A stretch of 64,000 nucleotides of DNA from a virus, in IMG/VR virus record IMGVR_UViG_3300029959_000004, positions 1 to 64,000 of that record. The stretch is one strand, 5' to 3'. The notes under the pieces are model-generated. The model was given only the letters and a program-made list of their open reading frames with translations. It did not search any database and was not told where the DNA came from. Made by a program: the position numbers and the translations under genes. Every line of letters starts with the position of its first letter. Position 1 is the stretch's first letter. This document shows positions 1-10,260 of the stretch, piece by piece.

Positions 1-464
1 CCAGTAGATTTAACTTCTATTACATCTTGATAGAAATGTGTTTTACTACTGTTAGAGCCAAAATCAAAACCCAACAGATATATGTTTTCTGAATTTTCTT
101 TAATAGCTAAATGCAAAGCAAAAAACCCACCTAGACCCATTCTTCCTATATATATCTTTCTATCCATTTCTTTAGGATCTCTAGTCGCTTCATATGTAGT
201 TATTTCAGATATGTTAGCATAACTCATATGTTTCTTACAACAACACTTAACGCTCTGAGCTTGAAGTTTCTGTAGAGTTTCCATATTGTTTCTAAAGAAA
301 CTAATATCTACCCAAATCTCACGAGATGGTAGAAAAGGCATACACATAAAAGCAAAGTTAATTGACCATATTTCAGCCTTGCTTTCTTTTAGTTTATCCC
401 AAAGAAGAGGAAGTTGTTCTCTTATAGAGTTTCCTCCTCCCACTAATACTATGTCTTTACTCAT
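1..464 (-). CDS. Partial ORF running off the left edge; DUF115/MptE-like or glycosyltransferase-like nucleotide-binding protein
   Basis: Manual translation from ATG at 464: MSKDIVLVGGGNSIRE...WSINFAF...GGFFALHLAIKENSENIYLLGFDFG. The GGGxS, G-x-x-A and IYLLGFD motifs are typical of this superfamily. Confidence 0.55.
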   Translation of the reverse strand, partial: MSKDIVLVGGGNSIREQLPLLWDKLKESKAEIWSINFAFMCMPFLPSREIWVDISFFRNNMETLQKLQAQSVKCCCKKHMSYANISEITTYEATRDPKEMDRKIYIGRMGLGGFFALHLAIKENSENIYLLGFDFGSNSSKTHFYQDVIEVKST

Positions 465-1341
465 TGTTCTTTCCGTATTTCTTCAAAAAATAATCACAAT
501 ATGAACGGCAAATACAATAATCATTACATCTAACATCTGTTCCTTCTCTTTTATCTATTCTATATACATCTTTTGTTTTACCTAATTCTAATAGATATTT
601 GTCTGCTTCTTCTTTAGAATCACATAGCTTAGTAGCTGTTTTATTAGAGTTTTTATAAATAGCAAACACGTCGTCCTTAGCCCAGCGTTCCTTTTTAGTA
701 CATAAAGGAAGTTCATCATCTGCTAATTCTAAAGCTATTTGATATTCTTTAATTCTATCTTTTATAAACTTTTCTGTTTTTTCATTAGACCATAATTCTA
801 TTTCTATTCTCTGAAAAGGTATTTTTGGATAATCCTCATATTTTTTAGATTCGCTTTTTCGCCAATCTTTTAATATAGCATTAATATATAATTTATTTAC
901 CTCAAAACCTGCTCTACGAAGAAACCACGCATAGGGATTTAGTTGCTCTGCCCATTCCTGTCTATCTTTAAACTTAATTGCCCAAACAGACGTGACCTTC
1001 CAATCCTCAACAGATTTAATTTTATCTTCGTATAAATCTGGTTTAGCAACTACTGTAATTCCATCTATAACTTCTTCTATTTTTTGCTCTACTAGATTTT
1101 CATGATTTTCTGCATGGAGTAATACCCAGTGAATACTTTCTCCAAGAATTCTCCATATGTGATCACTATAATCTTCCTCCAGCTCTTTAAAATGTCTTAC
1201 GGTTAAAGCTCTTATTCTAGGAGAATTAATAAGAGTTGTTACTCCTATTCTTTTAGGATCAGATTCAGATAAATCTCTAGTAAGAGAGTCTATCACTCTC
1301 ACAAAAGCATCTGGCATCGAATAATGATTAGTGTACAGCAC
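457..1341 (-). CDS. PD-(D/E)XK exonuclease (Cas4/RecB-like phage recombination nuclease)
   Basis: LGESIH, VEQ, KPDLY, VEDWKVT and QLNPY motifs; C-terminal Cys cluster RCxxYCxxxxxC. Confidence 0.75.
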   Translation of the reverse strand: MLYTNHYSMPDAFVRVIDSLTRDLSESDPKRIGVTTLINSPRIRALTVRHFKELEEDYSDHIWRILGESIHWVLLHAENHENLVEQKIEEVIDGITVVAKPDLYEDKIKSVEDWKVTSVWAIKFKDRQEWAEQLNPYAWFLRRAGFEVNKLYINAILKDWRKSESKKYEDYPKIPFQRIEIELWSNEKTEKFIKDRIKEYQIALELADDELPLCTKKERWAKDDVFAIYKNSNKTATKLCDSKEEADKYLLELGKTKDVYRIDKREGTDVRCNDYCICRSYCDYFLKKYGKNNE

Positions 1342-1361
1342 TGTTTTTCTCCATATAATAT

Positions 1362-1931
1362 TTACTCCAATAACTCCTTATTTATCATTCTAACTATAAT
1401 ATTAGCTTCTTCTAATATAGTTTGAGCATACTTGTCATATAACTTTCCTTCTAAACATACAATCTCCTTTACTCCAGCATTAATTAACTCTATACAACAA
1501 TCTTTACAAGGAAGAGAAACTCCTTCACAGTATAGATATAGAGTAGTGTCTAATGTAGATATACCATTTCTCGCTGCTTGAAGAATAGCGTTACGTTCGC
1601 TATGCACAGCTTGGCAAAGGTGACTTCCTTGTCCCGACTGATAATCAAATATTCTTCTTGGGCATCGATCTATCGGAACATTTTCTTTAAAAACCTTTCT
1701 ATCTATAATCTTTCTATCCAATATAGCAAAGAAAGCTATATCTCTTTCGTTACAATGTTTAACTCCTCTAGCGGGTCCGTTATATCCTTCAGAAACTATT
1801 GAACCGTTTTTCACAAGTACCGAACCGATCTTTCTCGACATACACTTGGAAGATTTAGCTACTTCCCTAGCAATACGTAAGAATCTAATGTCTTTCTCTA
1901 ATTGTTTTTGATCAGAATTTTTTTCCATCAA
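1362..1931 (-). CDS. dCMP deaminase
   Basis: SxCxxRxIGSVLVK, GYNG, AVHSERNA and PCxxC zinc-binding motifs. Confidence 0.9.
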   Translation of the reverse strand: MMEKNSDQKQLEKDIRFLRIAREVAKSSKCMSRKIGSVLVKNGSIVSEGYNGPARGVKHCNERDIAFFAILDRKIIDRKVFKENVPIDRCPRRIFDYQSGQGSHLCQAVHSERNAILQAARNGISTLDTTLYLYCEGVSLPCKDCCIELINAGVKEIVCLEGKLYDKYAQTILEEANIIVRMINKELLE

Positions 1932-2311
1932 AACTCCTTATTATGTTTATATGGTCTAGTCTTATTGTACAAAAGTTTAGCCTCTAATGCTTCTTCCAAT
2001 TTATATCCTCTAGCTTCTGCCATGTCACACGCACGTATAAGTAAATCTGACATCTCTTCCTCAACAGCACTGAATTCAGGAATGTGTTCGCTTTTAGGAT
2101 TTCCGTGTCTTAAAGCTTCAAGAGCTTCAGAAAGTTCACTGTGCATTAAGGCTATTAACTCTCCGTCGTTGCGTTTCTCTATTCTGCACACATCTTTTAA
2201 ACTTTCGAAAGAAGAAAGATTAGTATCACCTGTTATTCCCTTTTCACTAGCCCAAAAACCTTTTTCAACCGCCGTTGCGTGGCTTTTTTTCATTAATTCT
2301 TTTATCGTCAT
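1928..2311 (-). CDS. MazG-like nucleotide pyrophosphohydrolase
   Basis: IALMHSELSEALEA, EEEMSDLLIR and YNKTRPYKH motifs. Confidence 0.85.
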   Translation of the reverse strand: MTIKELMKKSHATAVEKGFWASEKGITGDTNLSSFESLKDVCRIEKRNDGELIALMHSELSEALEALRHGNPKSEHIPEFSAVEEEMSDLLIRACDMAEARGYKLEEALEAKLLYNKTRPYKHNKEF

Positions 2312-2411
2312 TCTTTCCTTTCTTTATATAAAAGTCACATTCGTACACAGTTGTATCTTTATCAAAACATTCTTTACATTTAACTTTACAAGTTAAACAT
2401 AGACTTTTCAT

Positions 2412-2744
2412 TTAGCGATCTTGTATGTTCTTTACCAAGTCCTCAATTTGTCGTAATAATTTATTGGGCATTAGCTTACTTTCTCTAAAACATTTCTTTA
2501 AAAACCCAGCTTGATCATCTTCTAAATCAACAGTTTCTTTATTCTCTTTTACAGCCAACTCTAAAGCGTCTGCAATCTTGTAATACTGTCTGCGTTCTTT
2601 CTCATCAAACCCTCTTTGTGCTTGAGCTGAACCTAATATAACATTCTGTATAACGTTGTTAATAGTCTGTTGTACTGTTTGTTTCTTATCCTCTTCTGTA
2701 AGGTTTAACTGCTCTGTGTTAAGCTTTAATTCTAACGTTTTCAC
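2412..2744 (-). CDS. Hypothetical protein
   Basis: 110-aa ORF with a GTG start and an upstream GGAG RBS. Confidence 0.6.
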   Translation of the reverse strand: MKTLELKLNTEQLNLTEEDKKQTVQQTINNVIQNVILGSAQAQRGFDEKERRQYYKIADALELAVKENKETVDLEDDQAGFLKKCFRESKLMPNKLLRQIEDLVKNIQDR

Positions 2745-2890
2745 TTTGTATCTCCTCTCCTATTTGTTTATCTACTTCTCTTTTATTTTTAGCTCTTAAA
2801 TAGAGCTTCTCACTTTTTTTAACTTTAGTAATTGGTGAAACTGATCAAGTACGTCTGTATGAAAATATCTTTTTCTTAGACTTTTTCATC

Positions 2891-4351
2891 TTAAATGGAG
2901 CTTTTCGTACGCCGCATATATTTACTGGTTAAATTAAATAGAGCGACTAAATCAATTACGTCTTGACGACAATGCTTTCTTGAATCATTTATCGCCCATT
3001 TCTCACCTCTAAGACAACCGTGTTTAATAGATAGAGACAATTTATCTTTATGTGTAACGCCAACTAATTTTCTACAACCATTCTCTAAACTATTTCTTGA
3101 CAACTTAAACTTCTTCTTTAGAATTACCCAAGTATCGCTTTGAAACAACATACCATATCCAGGGAAATCTACTTTATCTATAACAGCACGGGTTCTGGCA
3201 AAAGGCAGATCATAGCCGCAGTTATGACTAGGAAAACCTTCGGAAATATATGTATGAGTAGTGGTAGAAATAACCATAACATCACCTACGCCTATTTCTT
3301 CTATTTTTACAATTTTAGTTCTATTTTCTACTGGAACATGAACGGTTAAATCTTTACTTAATTTTTTATGGAAATTGACTAATAAACGTTTTGGTTGTAT
3401 TCTACCTAGAAACTTAACACAATTCCACATATTATATAAAGAAAATGTTTGTACTCCATCTATTCTTTTTTCTCTATGGCAAAATGGGAAATTATATTTT
3501 TTTATTAATGCTAAAAATTCTTTATACATAGCGTTCTTTTTCTGTGAAAATCCCATACGAATTCCTCTACCTTCTGAACTTAACCAACCTTCACCGTCTA
3601 CTGAAGCGGCTAAATATCCATAATCATAGTTATTTTTTTCTTTATCATAAACAGGTACGAATCTCGTTAAACAATCTCCAACTTCAAAATCTTTTGCTTC
3701 TTGCCATTTCCAACTAGCTAGATTTGCTTTACCTGAAGGATATAAAAATGGATGTTCTCTAGAAACTTCTAAAATAGTTCCATCTGATAACGTAAAACGA
3801 ATTTTTTGTTTTTTATCTAATTTAGAAAACGTTACAGTAGAAAGTCTATATCGTCTACGTTTTCCTTTTCTTTGTTTTTCTTCAAAAGCTAATAATTTAT
3901 CACCTATTTTAATATCTCTAGCTTTTTTATAAGTTAAATCTCCCAACAAAATTCTTTGTTCTGGATCTACACAGCTATAATGCCCCACTACTCTAGTATA
4001 TTTACTCATTAAATCTACTAAACTTTTAACTATTCTAGTATCCTCTCTGGGTTCAATATCTCTATGAGAAGATTTATATTTTTTAATGTCATCTAAAGTA
4101 ATATAATCTTCAAACTCATTACCGTCTTCATCTATGGCAAACCAATTAAACATAATACCATAATCCGCCGAAAGGTCTTCTGCTTCAATATCGAAGAATA
4201 GAACTTTCTCTTGAAACAACCCTTTGGTGTTTCTATCAAAACAAACCGGATGTTCAAACCCATTCTTAGAACCGTGCCCTTTTTCTGGGCATCTGAATCT
4301 TTCCCTTGCTAATATTTCCTGTTTAGTCATCTTACTAACTTCAATTGACAT
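2891..4351 (-). CDS. DEDD/YprB-like (RNase H fold) 3'-5' exonuclease containing an intein
   Basis: FFDIEA (ExoI), GHYS|CGYDLPF (ExoII after splicing) and HCRQDV (ExoIII). Confidence 0.8.
   Translation of the reverse strand: MSIEVSKMTKQEILARERFRCPEKGHGSKNGFEHPVCFDRNTKGLFQEKVLFFDIEAEDLSADYGIMFNWFAIDEDGNEFEDYITLDDIKKYKSSHRDIEPREDTRIVKSLVDLMSKYTRVVGHYSCVDPEQRILLGDLTYKKARDIKIGDKLLAFEEKQRKGKRRRYRLSTVTFSKLDKKQKIRFTLSDGTILEVSREHPFLYPSGKANLASWKWQEAKDFEVGDCLTRFVPVYDKEKNNYDYGYLAASVDGEGWLSSEGRGIRMGFSQKKNAMYKEFLALIKKYNFPFCHREKRIDGVQTFSLYNMWNCVKFLGRIQPKRLLVNFHKKLSKDLTVHVPVENRTKIVKIEEIGVGDVMVISTTTHTYISEGFPSHNCGYDLPFARTRAVIDKVDFPGYGMLFQSDTWVILKKKFKLSRNSLENGCRKLVGVTHKDKLSLSIKHGCLRGEKWAINDSRKHCRQDVIDLVALFNLTSKYMRRTKSSI
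3221..3973 (-). mobile_element. Intein (251 aa) with LAGLIDADG-type endonuclease in the exonuclease
   Basis: Starts CVDPEQ; block B VSREHPF; YLAASVDGEG; ends FPSHN followed by Cys. Confidence 0.9.
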
Positions 4352-4363
4352 AATATTTCTCCT

Positions 4364-7300
4364 TTATTTAACAGGGCACGCCCCGCCTTTACACTCTTCA
4401 AAGTCAATATGTTTATTTTCTACTGTAATATCTTTTAAAGTTTTTATCTTAGAAATCCTTTCTTCATATTGCTCTTTAGTAATCTCCTCATAGGGAGCTT
4501 GCTTAAAACCGTGTTCTTTGTGTAACAGAAAACTAACACTTTTGATACTATCTTTATAATGTTCTTTCAACCATTGTTTTATTTCAGGTAACTCTTCCTT
4601 TTTATAATATACAGTAACGCTAATGGAGTTGTCTGCCCAAATAGTCATTAATTTCTTTACCAATTCTAATTGTTTTACCGCTGTCATATCTTTTGCTAAA
4701 ACAACGTTTTCCCCCGCATAACAAGGAAACTCTACTATTACTGTCTTATAATTAATAGTATCGTCAAAATTTCTCTCAGCTTCTACAATATAGCCCAGGT
4801 CTTTACACGTAGCAACTAATTTATCATCACTAGACATTCTAATGCGTCTAATATAATATTGACTATAAGCTGGATGTATTCCAGGAGTAGCACCTGCTAA
4901 TAAACTCAAGGTTCCTGACGGTTTTATGGTACTAATTCTAATACTTTCATTATATCCCTTTTTAGCACTCCATTCTTTATCGTACTCTCTTATAGTATTA
5001 TAACACTCATCTAACCACTCTATCTTATCGAGAGATTGACAAACTCCAGTAACACCTATACCAATACGCATATTTTTATGTACTATTCTATTCGTATCTT
5101 CGTGAATGAACTTCATAGAACATATTGCCTTTTGAGTTTTATATAGAAGCTTTGCACAATCAATTAATTCTTCTTTGGATTTTATATTGTTTAAATATAG
5201 TTCTGATAAACAACATATCTCTTTATTAGCTAAAGGAATTTCCGCACAAGGATTTAGCAACTCGGCGTTATCTTTGCGTAATTCTCTAATACGCCCAACT
5301 TTTTGTGTTAATTTAATATTAAAAAATCCGTAAGGTTCCCCGTTTCCTAGATATCCTTCCCATATATCTGGTTGAATATGAGAAAAATCATCCACATAAA
5401 TTGTATTATTACTTAGAGCTCGCCAATTAGGAATATCTCCTAAATCCCATCTTTTTGCTCTAATAAATAAATAATCATCTGGATCTCCTAAGGCTACAGT
5501 GGCCGATCTTCGAATATTTCCAGACACTACTACACTGGCGATTAAGTTACAGTTATGTACCACAAGACCATTTGCAATAAAATGATGCCCTTCAGAAAGA
5601 CATATATCATAAGTTTCTATTTCTTCTCCATCAGTAACTCTTGACACTTTTTGTATTTCAGCCCCACGATTTTTCTTATCACTAATTTCGGGCAACATTA
5701 TTAACGTTTTTTTATTTTTTGCTTCGCTTAAAGAAAACCCAATATAGTTTGCGAAGTTCAAAAGACTATCTTTACTCTGTATAACAATCTGAAATAACGT
5801 ATTTTTACCTTTACTATGAAATTTTGAGATTCTACCATGTATACCAAACTCTTTAAGCATTAAATACACCTGCTCTGATACTTCCTTACTTACAGTAGAC
5901 AGAGAAATTGCCCAAGTATTTTTTTTACCGCCGATCTTTTGAATACATCCATCTGCAGAAAATAGCCCAGATAAAAAACTAGATTTAATTGAGAAATTCT
6001 GTGTCATAACCACCGAAGGAGGTATCTTTTTAAATACCGCAGTACCGGTTTCTAACTTGTATTTGTTCATTAAATACTTCAAAACTTCTTGTCTATTTAT
6101 GGGTAGTGTTCCGACTCCGTTATTTTCATAGGAAATCTTTGGAAATGTATTAGTGTGTTGATTATTTGATTCAATTTTTACAGTTTTATACCATTCCATA
6201 AACTGATCAGAAACCATTCTTTTCGCTTTTTCCTCCCCCGGTCCGAAAATAGCTCCCAGAGTTAGTTTACCTCTTTTATTTTTCGTGAAATAACCATCAC
6301 CAACAACCCACCCTAATACTCCAAAGTCTTGTTTGAACTCCGGTTTGGTGTTAATACTTGGATTATTTGGGCTAACAATTGCATCCCCAATAACCAACTC
6401 ATCTGCTCTTTTCCAAGAAAATTTTTGATAAAGTTTTCCTCTAATATAATTATGAGATTTTTTGATCAAAAATTTGTGATTCGGTGTTGTTATAATTGAA
6501 TTTCCTGAAAGAGTATCTATACGTAGAGTTTTCTGTATTCCTTTATTAATTATTTTTCCGGGAAGAAATCTATAACTATCTTTTATGTTTTCATCAGAAC
6601 AAAACGGCACTACTATCTTTTCATTTGTGATATTCTCTATATTTACATAACCATTGTTAGTTAATATCTTGGTTCCTTTTCCTAGACAGACGTCTAAAAC
6701 GTCTATAGATCGTAGTTTCTTTCCTTCTCTAGCAGATATTATTTTACATATATTTTCAATACCGTCTACTAAGATTTTTGGTCCCGAAGCTGTGCCGCCG
6801 AGTCCATTTATTTTTTCTCCATATCCTCTTACTAATATAGTAGAATAAGAAAACGATTTACCACTTCTAAAATATGATTTTAATACCTGTCTTAACAAAT
6901 ATACCCATCCTTCTCTACTGTCAGGTACTATAAAGTCTGCATCATTTGTATTTTTATGAGTAACTTTTATATTTTCTTTTACTTTCGGCAATTCGTGAAT
7001 ATCTTCTCTTCTAACGGAGAAACCAACTCCCCCTCCCAACATTAAATTCTCAAATAGAAAACAGAAATCTTCATATTCGGTGATAGTCATCCCAAAACAG
7101 TTGATAAGTGCATTTCCGCCCCATCTTTTAATATGTTCAGTACCCAACATCCATAACATTCTACCTGCAAACGAACATTTAAGATTAAATACATAATCAT
7201 ATAGTCTCTCAGCTTCTTTCTGAGTATAATCTGATCCTATTTCTTGTGCTCCGTTAACACATCTAGCTACTGTCTCATACCAATCTTCGTAAGTCTCATC

Positions 7301-7429
7301 TTTCTTCAATCTCGAATATGTTCTACGAAACACCACATAGCCGAGTCCGTTAAATCCAAAGTTAGGATTTGTTCCTTTATATTTTTTTAAAAATTCTTCT
7401 GTTATAATCGGTGAAGTATATATTTGCAT
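4364..7429 (-). CDS. nrdJ: Class II (B12-dependent, monomeric RTPR-type) ribonucleotide reductase with intein
   Basis: RTYSR, AGRMLW, LINC, GGGVGFS, DSREGW, GNIRRSA, NPCAEI, IKPSGTLS, QAPYEEIT and the C-terminal CxGGACP. Confidence 0.95.
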   Translation of the reverse strand: MQIYTSPIITEEFLKKYKGTNPNFGFNGLGYVVFRRTYSRLKKDETYEDWYETVARCVNGAQEIGSDYTQKEAERLYDYVFNLKCSFAGRMLWMLGTEHIKRWGGNALINCFGMTITEYEDFCFLFENLMLGGGVGFSVRREDIHELPKVKENIKVTHKNTNDADFIVPDSREGWVYLLRQVLKSYFRSGKSFSYSTILVRGYGEKINGLGGTASGPKILVDGIENICKIISAREGKKLRSIDVLDVCLGKGTKILTNNGYVNIENITNEKIVVPFCSDENIKDSYRFLPGKIINKGIQKTLRIDTLSGNSIITTPNHKFLIKKSHNYIRGKLYQKFSWKRADELVIGDAIVSPNNPSINTKPEFKQDFGVLGWVVGDGYFTKNKRGKLTLGAIFGPGEEKAKRMVSDQFMEWYKTVKIESNNQHTNTFPKISYENNGVGTLPINRQEVLKYLMNKYKLETGTAVFKKIPPSVVMTQNFSIKSSFLSGLFSADGCIQKIGGKKNTWAISLSTVSKEVSEQVYLMLKEFGIHGRISKFHSKGKNTLFQIVIQSKDSLLNFANYIGFSLSEAKNKKTLIMLPEISDKKNRGAEIQKVSRVTDGEEIETYDICLSEGHHFIANGLVVHNCNLIASVVVSGNIRRSATVALGDPDDYLFIRAKRWDLGDIPNWRALSNNTIYVDDFSHIQPDIWEGYLGNGEPYGFFNIKLTQKVGRIRELRKDNAELLNPCAEIPLANKEICCLSELYLNNIKSKEELIDCAKLLYKTQKAICSMKFIHEDTNRIVHKNMRIGIGVTGVCQSLDKIEWLDECYNTIREYDKEWSAKKGYNESIRISTIKPSGTLSLLAGATPGIHPAYSQYYIRRIRMSSDDKLVATCKDLGYIVEAERNFDDTINYKTVIVEFPCYAGENVVLAKDMTAVKQLELVKKLMTIWADNSISVTVYYKKEELPEIKQWLKEHYKDSIKSVSFLLHKEHGFKQAPYEEITKEQYEERISKIKTLKDITVENKHIDFEECKGGACPVK
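5552..6688 (-). mobile_element. Intein (379 aa) with LAGLIDADG homing endonuclease in nrdJ
   Basis: Starts CLGKGT; TTPNHKF; LGWVVGDG and FLSGLFSADG; ends GLVVHN followed by Cys. Confidence 0.92.
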
Positions 7430-7460
7430 TAAGTTATTTCCTCTTTATATTATTATAAAA

Positions 7461-7499
7461 ACGAAAACCCTCAGAGACTTTTTAGTTTCCCTGAGGGCT
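7461..7499 (-). terminator. Probable intrinsic terminator
   Basis: Minus-strand hairpin CCCUCAGGGA...UCUCUGAGGG followed by UUUUCGUUUUU. Confidence 0.6.
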
Positions 7500-8035
7500 A
7501 TTTCATTTATTCAACTTCCACTTTGTTTTTTGGTTTGATAAGATCGATACCTTGATGTTTCATAACAGTGACCATATTAGAACGAATATTGTGAAGAAGT
7601 TTAACACCTAATACTAAAGCCTTAAGTTGAGCTTTCTCAAACTCACTCTTAAGCCCCTCACGAACTTTCTCTATTGTCTCTAATTCATCATACAAGTCTT
7701 CGTTGCTTAACATTTTTCAACTCCTTTTTCTAGTGCGTCTTCTTGTTTAATAAACTCTTTACTCTCTAAAAATAAATTTGTTACACCGTAAACGTTGACT
7801 ATTTTATATTTATCCTTATCATAATTTGCAATAAAGTCAGCTAAACCTTCTTCTTTACACAATACTTGATTAGGATTTCCGTCAAGTAAGTCAATTAACT
7901 CTACCATAAAATAAATTGTTTTACTAATCATCTTGCATCCTCCCCATCGTAATCTATCATTTTTTACCTTTCGCTTTCTTCTTAATCTCTTTCTTCTGTT
8001 TATTCTTTTCTTTACTAATCTGAATCACCTCCCTT

Positions 8036-10162
8036 TCAAAATAATTGCATTTGTCTAGTATTACTTGGTAAATTCCATTTCAGACATTCGAATATTTTTC
8101 TTGCTTTACTCTCGATGTTTCTTTCTATAATTCTATTCCAGTTTAAATTTTCTCTTTTAATAAAGTCGTTATCATCTAAAGTAAATGATAATACTTCATT
8201 AGAATCTTTTGTGAATATGTACCAAAACAATTCACCTACGGCGACTTTAAAATCTTTCTTTAATTTTTTACTGTTATCGAAAGCTCTTTTATTGATAGGA
8301 TAATTCTTATACTTCTGATTAGTGAGTTTACAAGGAAACGCCATATCTTCTAAATCTGCTTCTTTAATTCTTTCTTTCTCAGAGTTAATCCACTCTATAA
8401 TATCTTCTCTAGTTTCTCCATTTATAATATGATTGAGAAGAGCTTCTTGAAACTGAGCCTCAAATTTACTTGAAGAGGAACGTTTTACTTCTACTCCCTT
8501 AATTTCTGGATTCTTTTTACCTTCTAAGTATCCGTAATAATGACATGAGCCAAGAAAAACTACCTTAGTAAAATATCCCTCATATTCGAACTTTAAATCA
8601 ATACTATCTTTATTATACTTTTCTTTAGCCCAATCTTTAATATACTGATTTAATATATTACTATAATCTACTTTGCTGTTTAAAAAAACAGCATCCGTAT
8701 CCGCATACAAGACTTTTAACCCACTTTTTTCCACTCTACCTTTGACATACATCATTAAATCTCTTACCAAGAAAGTAATACTTGAAGCAACGTCTAAGTT
8801 AAATAAGCGAAAATATGGAGACCCACAAATTCCGAAAGCCGAGTTTGCTACAGACTTAATTGCGGCGTAAGCTATTTTATTTTCTTCGCTTGGATTTTCT
8901 TTTAATATTCTTTTGTATTCGTCTTTTAATGTAAGTATTTTTTTAACTACGGTGGGCAGTAAAGCTTCTGTATTCTGTTTAAATTTAATACCGTTTATAT
9001 CTATACCTTCTTTTTCGTTTATGTTTTGCCCATCTAAACAAAAATTTATAATCATAGAGGGGTATGCTGATGTAAGATCGAGCTTAGCGACGTCTCTAAA
9101 CAAACCTGTGTTTTCTACTCCTCTAAAAGCTCCTTCAAAAGCAGGTTCATCTGTTACGTTAGAAGTGTCTTCTTTAGAAGGTTTATTTGGTAATATAAGA
9201 TTCTTTTCTTTAGCTTCTGATAACAGAAGAAATTCCATAATACGAGAATTAAAATACAAATCTTCCCAGTTACATTTACTCAATATTCTAATCTTATTGT
9301 AGTAGGGTATTAGTTTACACTTCTTCTCCAATTCTACCATAATCTCTACATCACCACGATTACGTTTTTTAATAGTTTCGTTTAAGACGCCAAAATCTAC
9401 ACTCTTATGTTCTTTCCCTTTTCCTAAATGTTTCTCTGCTATGTAGTTGAGTGTATAACTAGCTTCTCTCATATATACTTTTTTAAAGAGACTTAGATAG
9501 TCTAAAATTGAAATACCACAGGGAAAGAAGATGTTCTCTTCATCTCCTCTTCTAGATAAATCTATAGGAGATATACGTTTAGCAAAGTCTTTAATACGTC
9601 TAAAAAGATATTGATAGTCGAACTTAATATTCCAAGCTAAAATCATATCAGGTTGCTCTTTTTTAATATAGTCTACAAAAGAGTTCAATAAATTTCTCTC
9701 CTGCTCTTCTAAAGTACTTCCCTTCTGCTCTGGGAGAAACCAGGTTAAGACTTCTTTGCTAAAAGAGTTGTAGATACTTATACAAGAGACTGGGTACTTG
9801 GCTGTAGCTGTTTCTGGGAGTTCTTTTGCTAGTATTTCTATGTCTAGAAAGAGATATTTTAAAGTGGTGGGAAGAATGTTATCTATCTTATTTACTATGT
9901 AATTAGTTGTAAATAGCACATCTGAGGAATAACTTGACAAAGAACGCATTTTTGGTACATCTGCGGGTTCTGAACAGTAAACTTTTCGTAACATATTGCC
10001 ATCTATAGCTTTGAACTTACCTTTATCATTATCTTTTTCAAAGAAGTACGGGAAGAAACTTTTATCCTCTGTTATAGATAGAGTTCCATATTCATCTCTA
10101 GTGAAAAGATAAATATTTCTTTTGTAATTACATATATTTGTTAGTTTTAGATTAGATTGCAT
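8036..10162 (-). CDS. polB: Family B DNA polymerase
   Basis: Exonuclease motifs FLDIE, AWNIKFD and NRGDV; polymerase motifs LDLTSAYPS, KSVANSAFG, YADTD and IKGVE. Confidence 0.95.
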   Translation of the reverse strand: MQSNLKLTNICNYKRNIYLFTRDEYGTLSITEDKSFFPYFFEKDNDKGKFKAIDGNMLRKVYCSEPADVPKMRSLSSYSSDVLFTTNYIVNKIDNILPTTLKYLFLDIEILAKELPETATAKYPVSCISIYNSFSKEVLTWFLPEQKGSTLEEQERNLLNSFVDYIKKEQPDMILAWNIKFDYQYLFRRIKDFAKRISPIDLSRRGDEENIFFPCGISILDYLSLFKKVYMREASYTLNYIAEKHLGKGKEHKSVDFGVLNETIKKRNRGDVEIMVELEKKCKLIPYYNKIRILSKCNWEDLYFNSRIMEFLLLSEAKEKNLILPNKPSKEDTSNVTDEPAFEGAFRGVENTGLFRDVAKLDLTSAYPSMIINFCLDGQNINEKEGIDINGIKFKQNTEALLPTVVKKILTLKDEYKRILKENPSEENKIAYAAIKSVANSAFGICGSPYFRLFNLDVASSITFLVRDLMMYVKGRVEKSGLKVLYADTDAVFLNSKVDYSNILNQYIKDWAKEKYNKDSIDLKFEYEGYFTKVVFLGSCHYYGYLEGKKNPEIKGVEVKRSSSSKFEAQFQEALLNHIINGETREDIIEWINSEKERIKEADLEDMAFPCKLTNQKYKNYPINKRAFDNSKKLKKDFKVAVGELFWYIFTKDSNEVLSFTLDDNDFIKRENLNWNRIIERNIESKARKIFECLKWNLPSNTRQMQLF

Positions 10163-10189
10163 ATTAGCTATATTTATACCCTCTATATA

Positions 10190-10219
10190 TATTTATATAT
10201 AAAAAACGCTGTTTGTCAA
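10190..10219 (-). promoter_or_regulatory. Phage promoter TTGACA-N16-TATAAATA upstream of polB
   Basis: Same motif and spacing at 22634, 27744 and 55499. Confidence 0.7.
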
Positions 10220-10260
10220 GAGTTATTTTAACTATTTTCTATAATATACCAATTTTCATT

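Noticed and set aside
457-1341. Cas4-like protein as evidence of CRISPR-Cas
   Set aside because: No repeat-spacer array or other cas genes are visible; such nucleases are common stand-alone phage genes.
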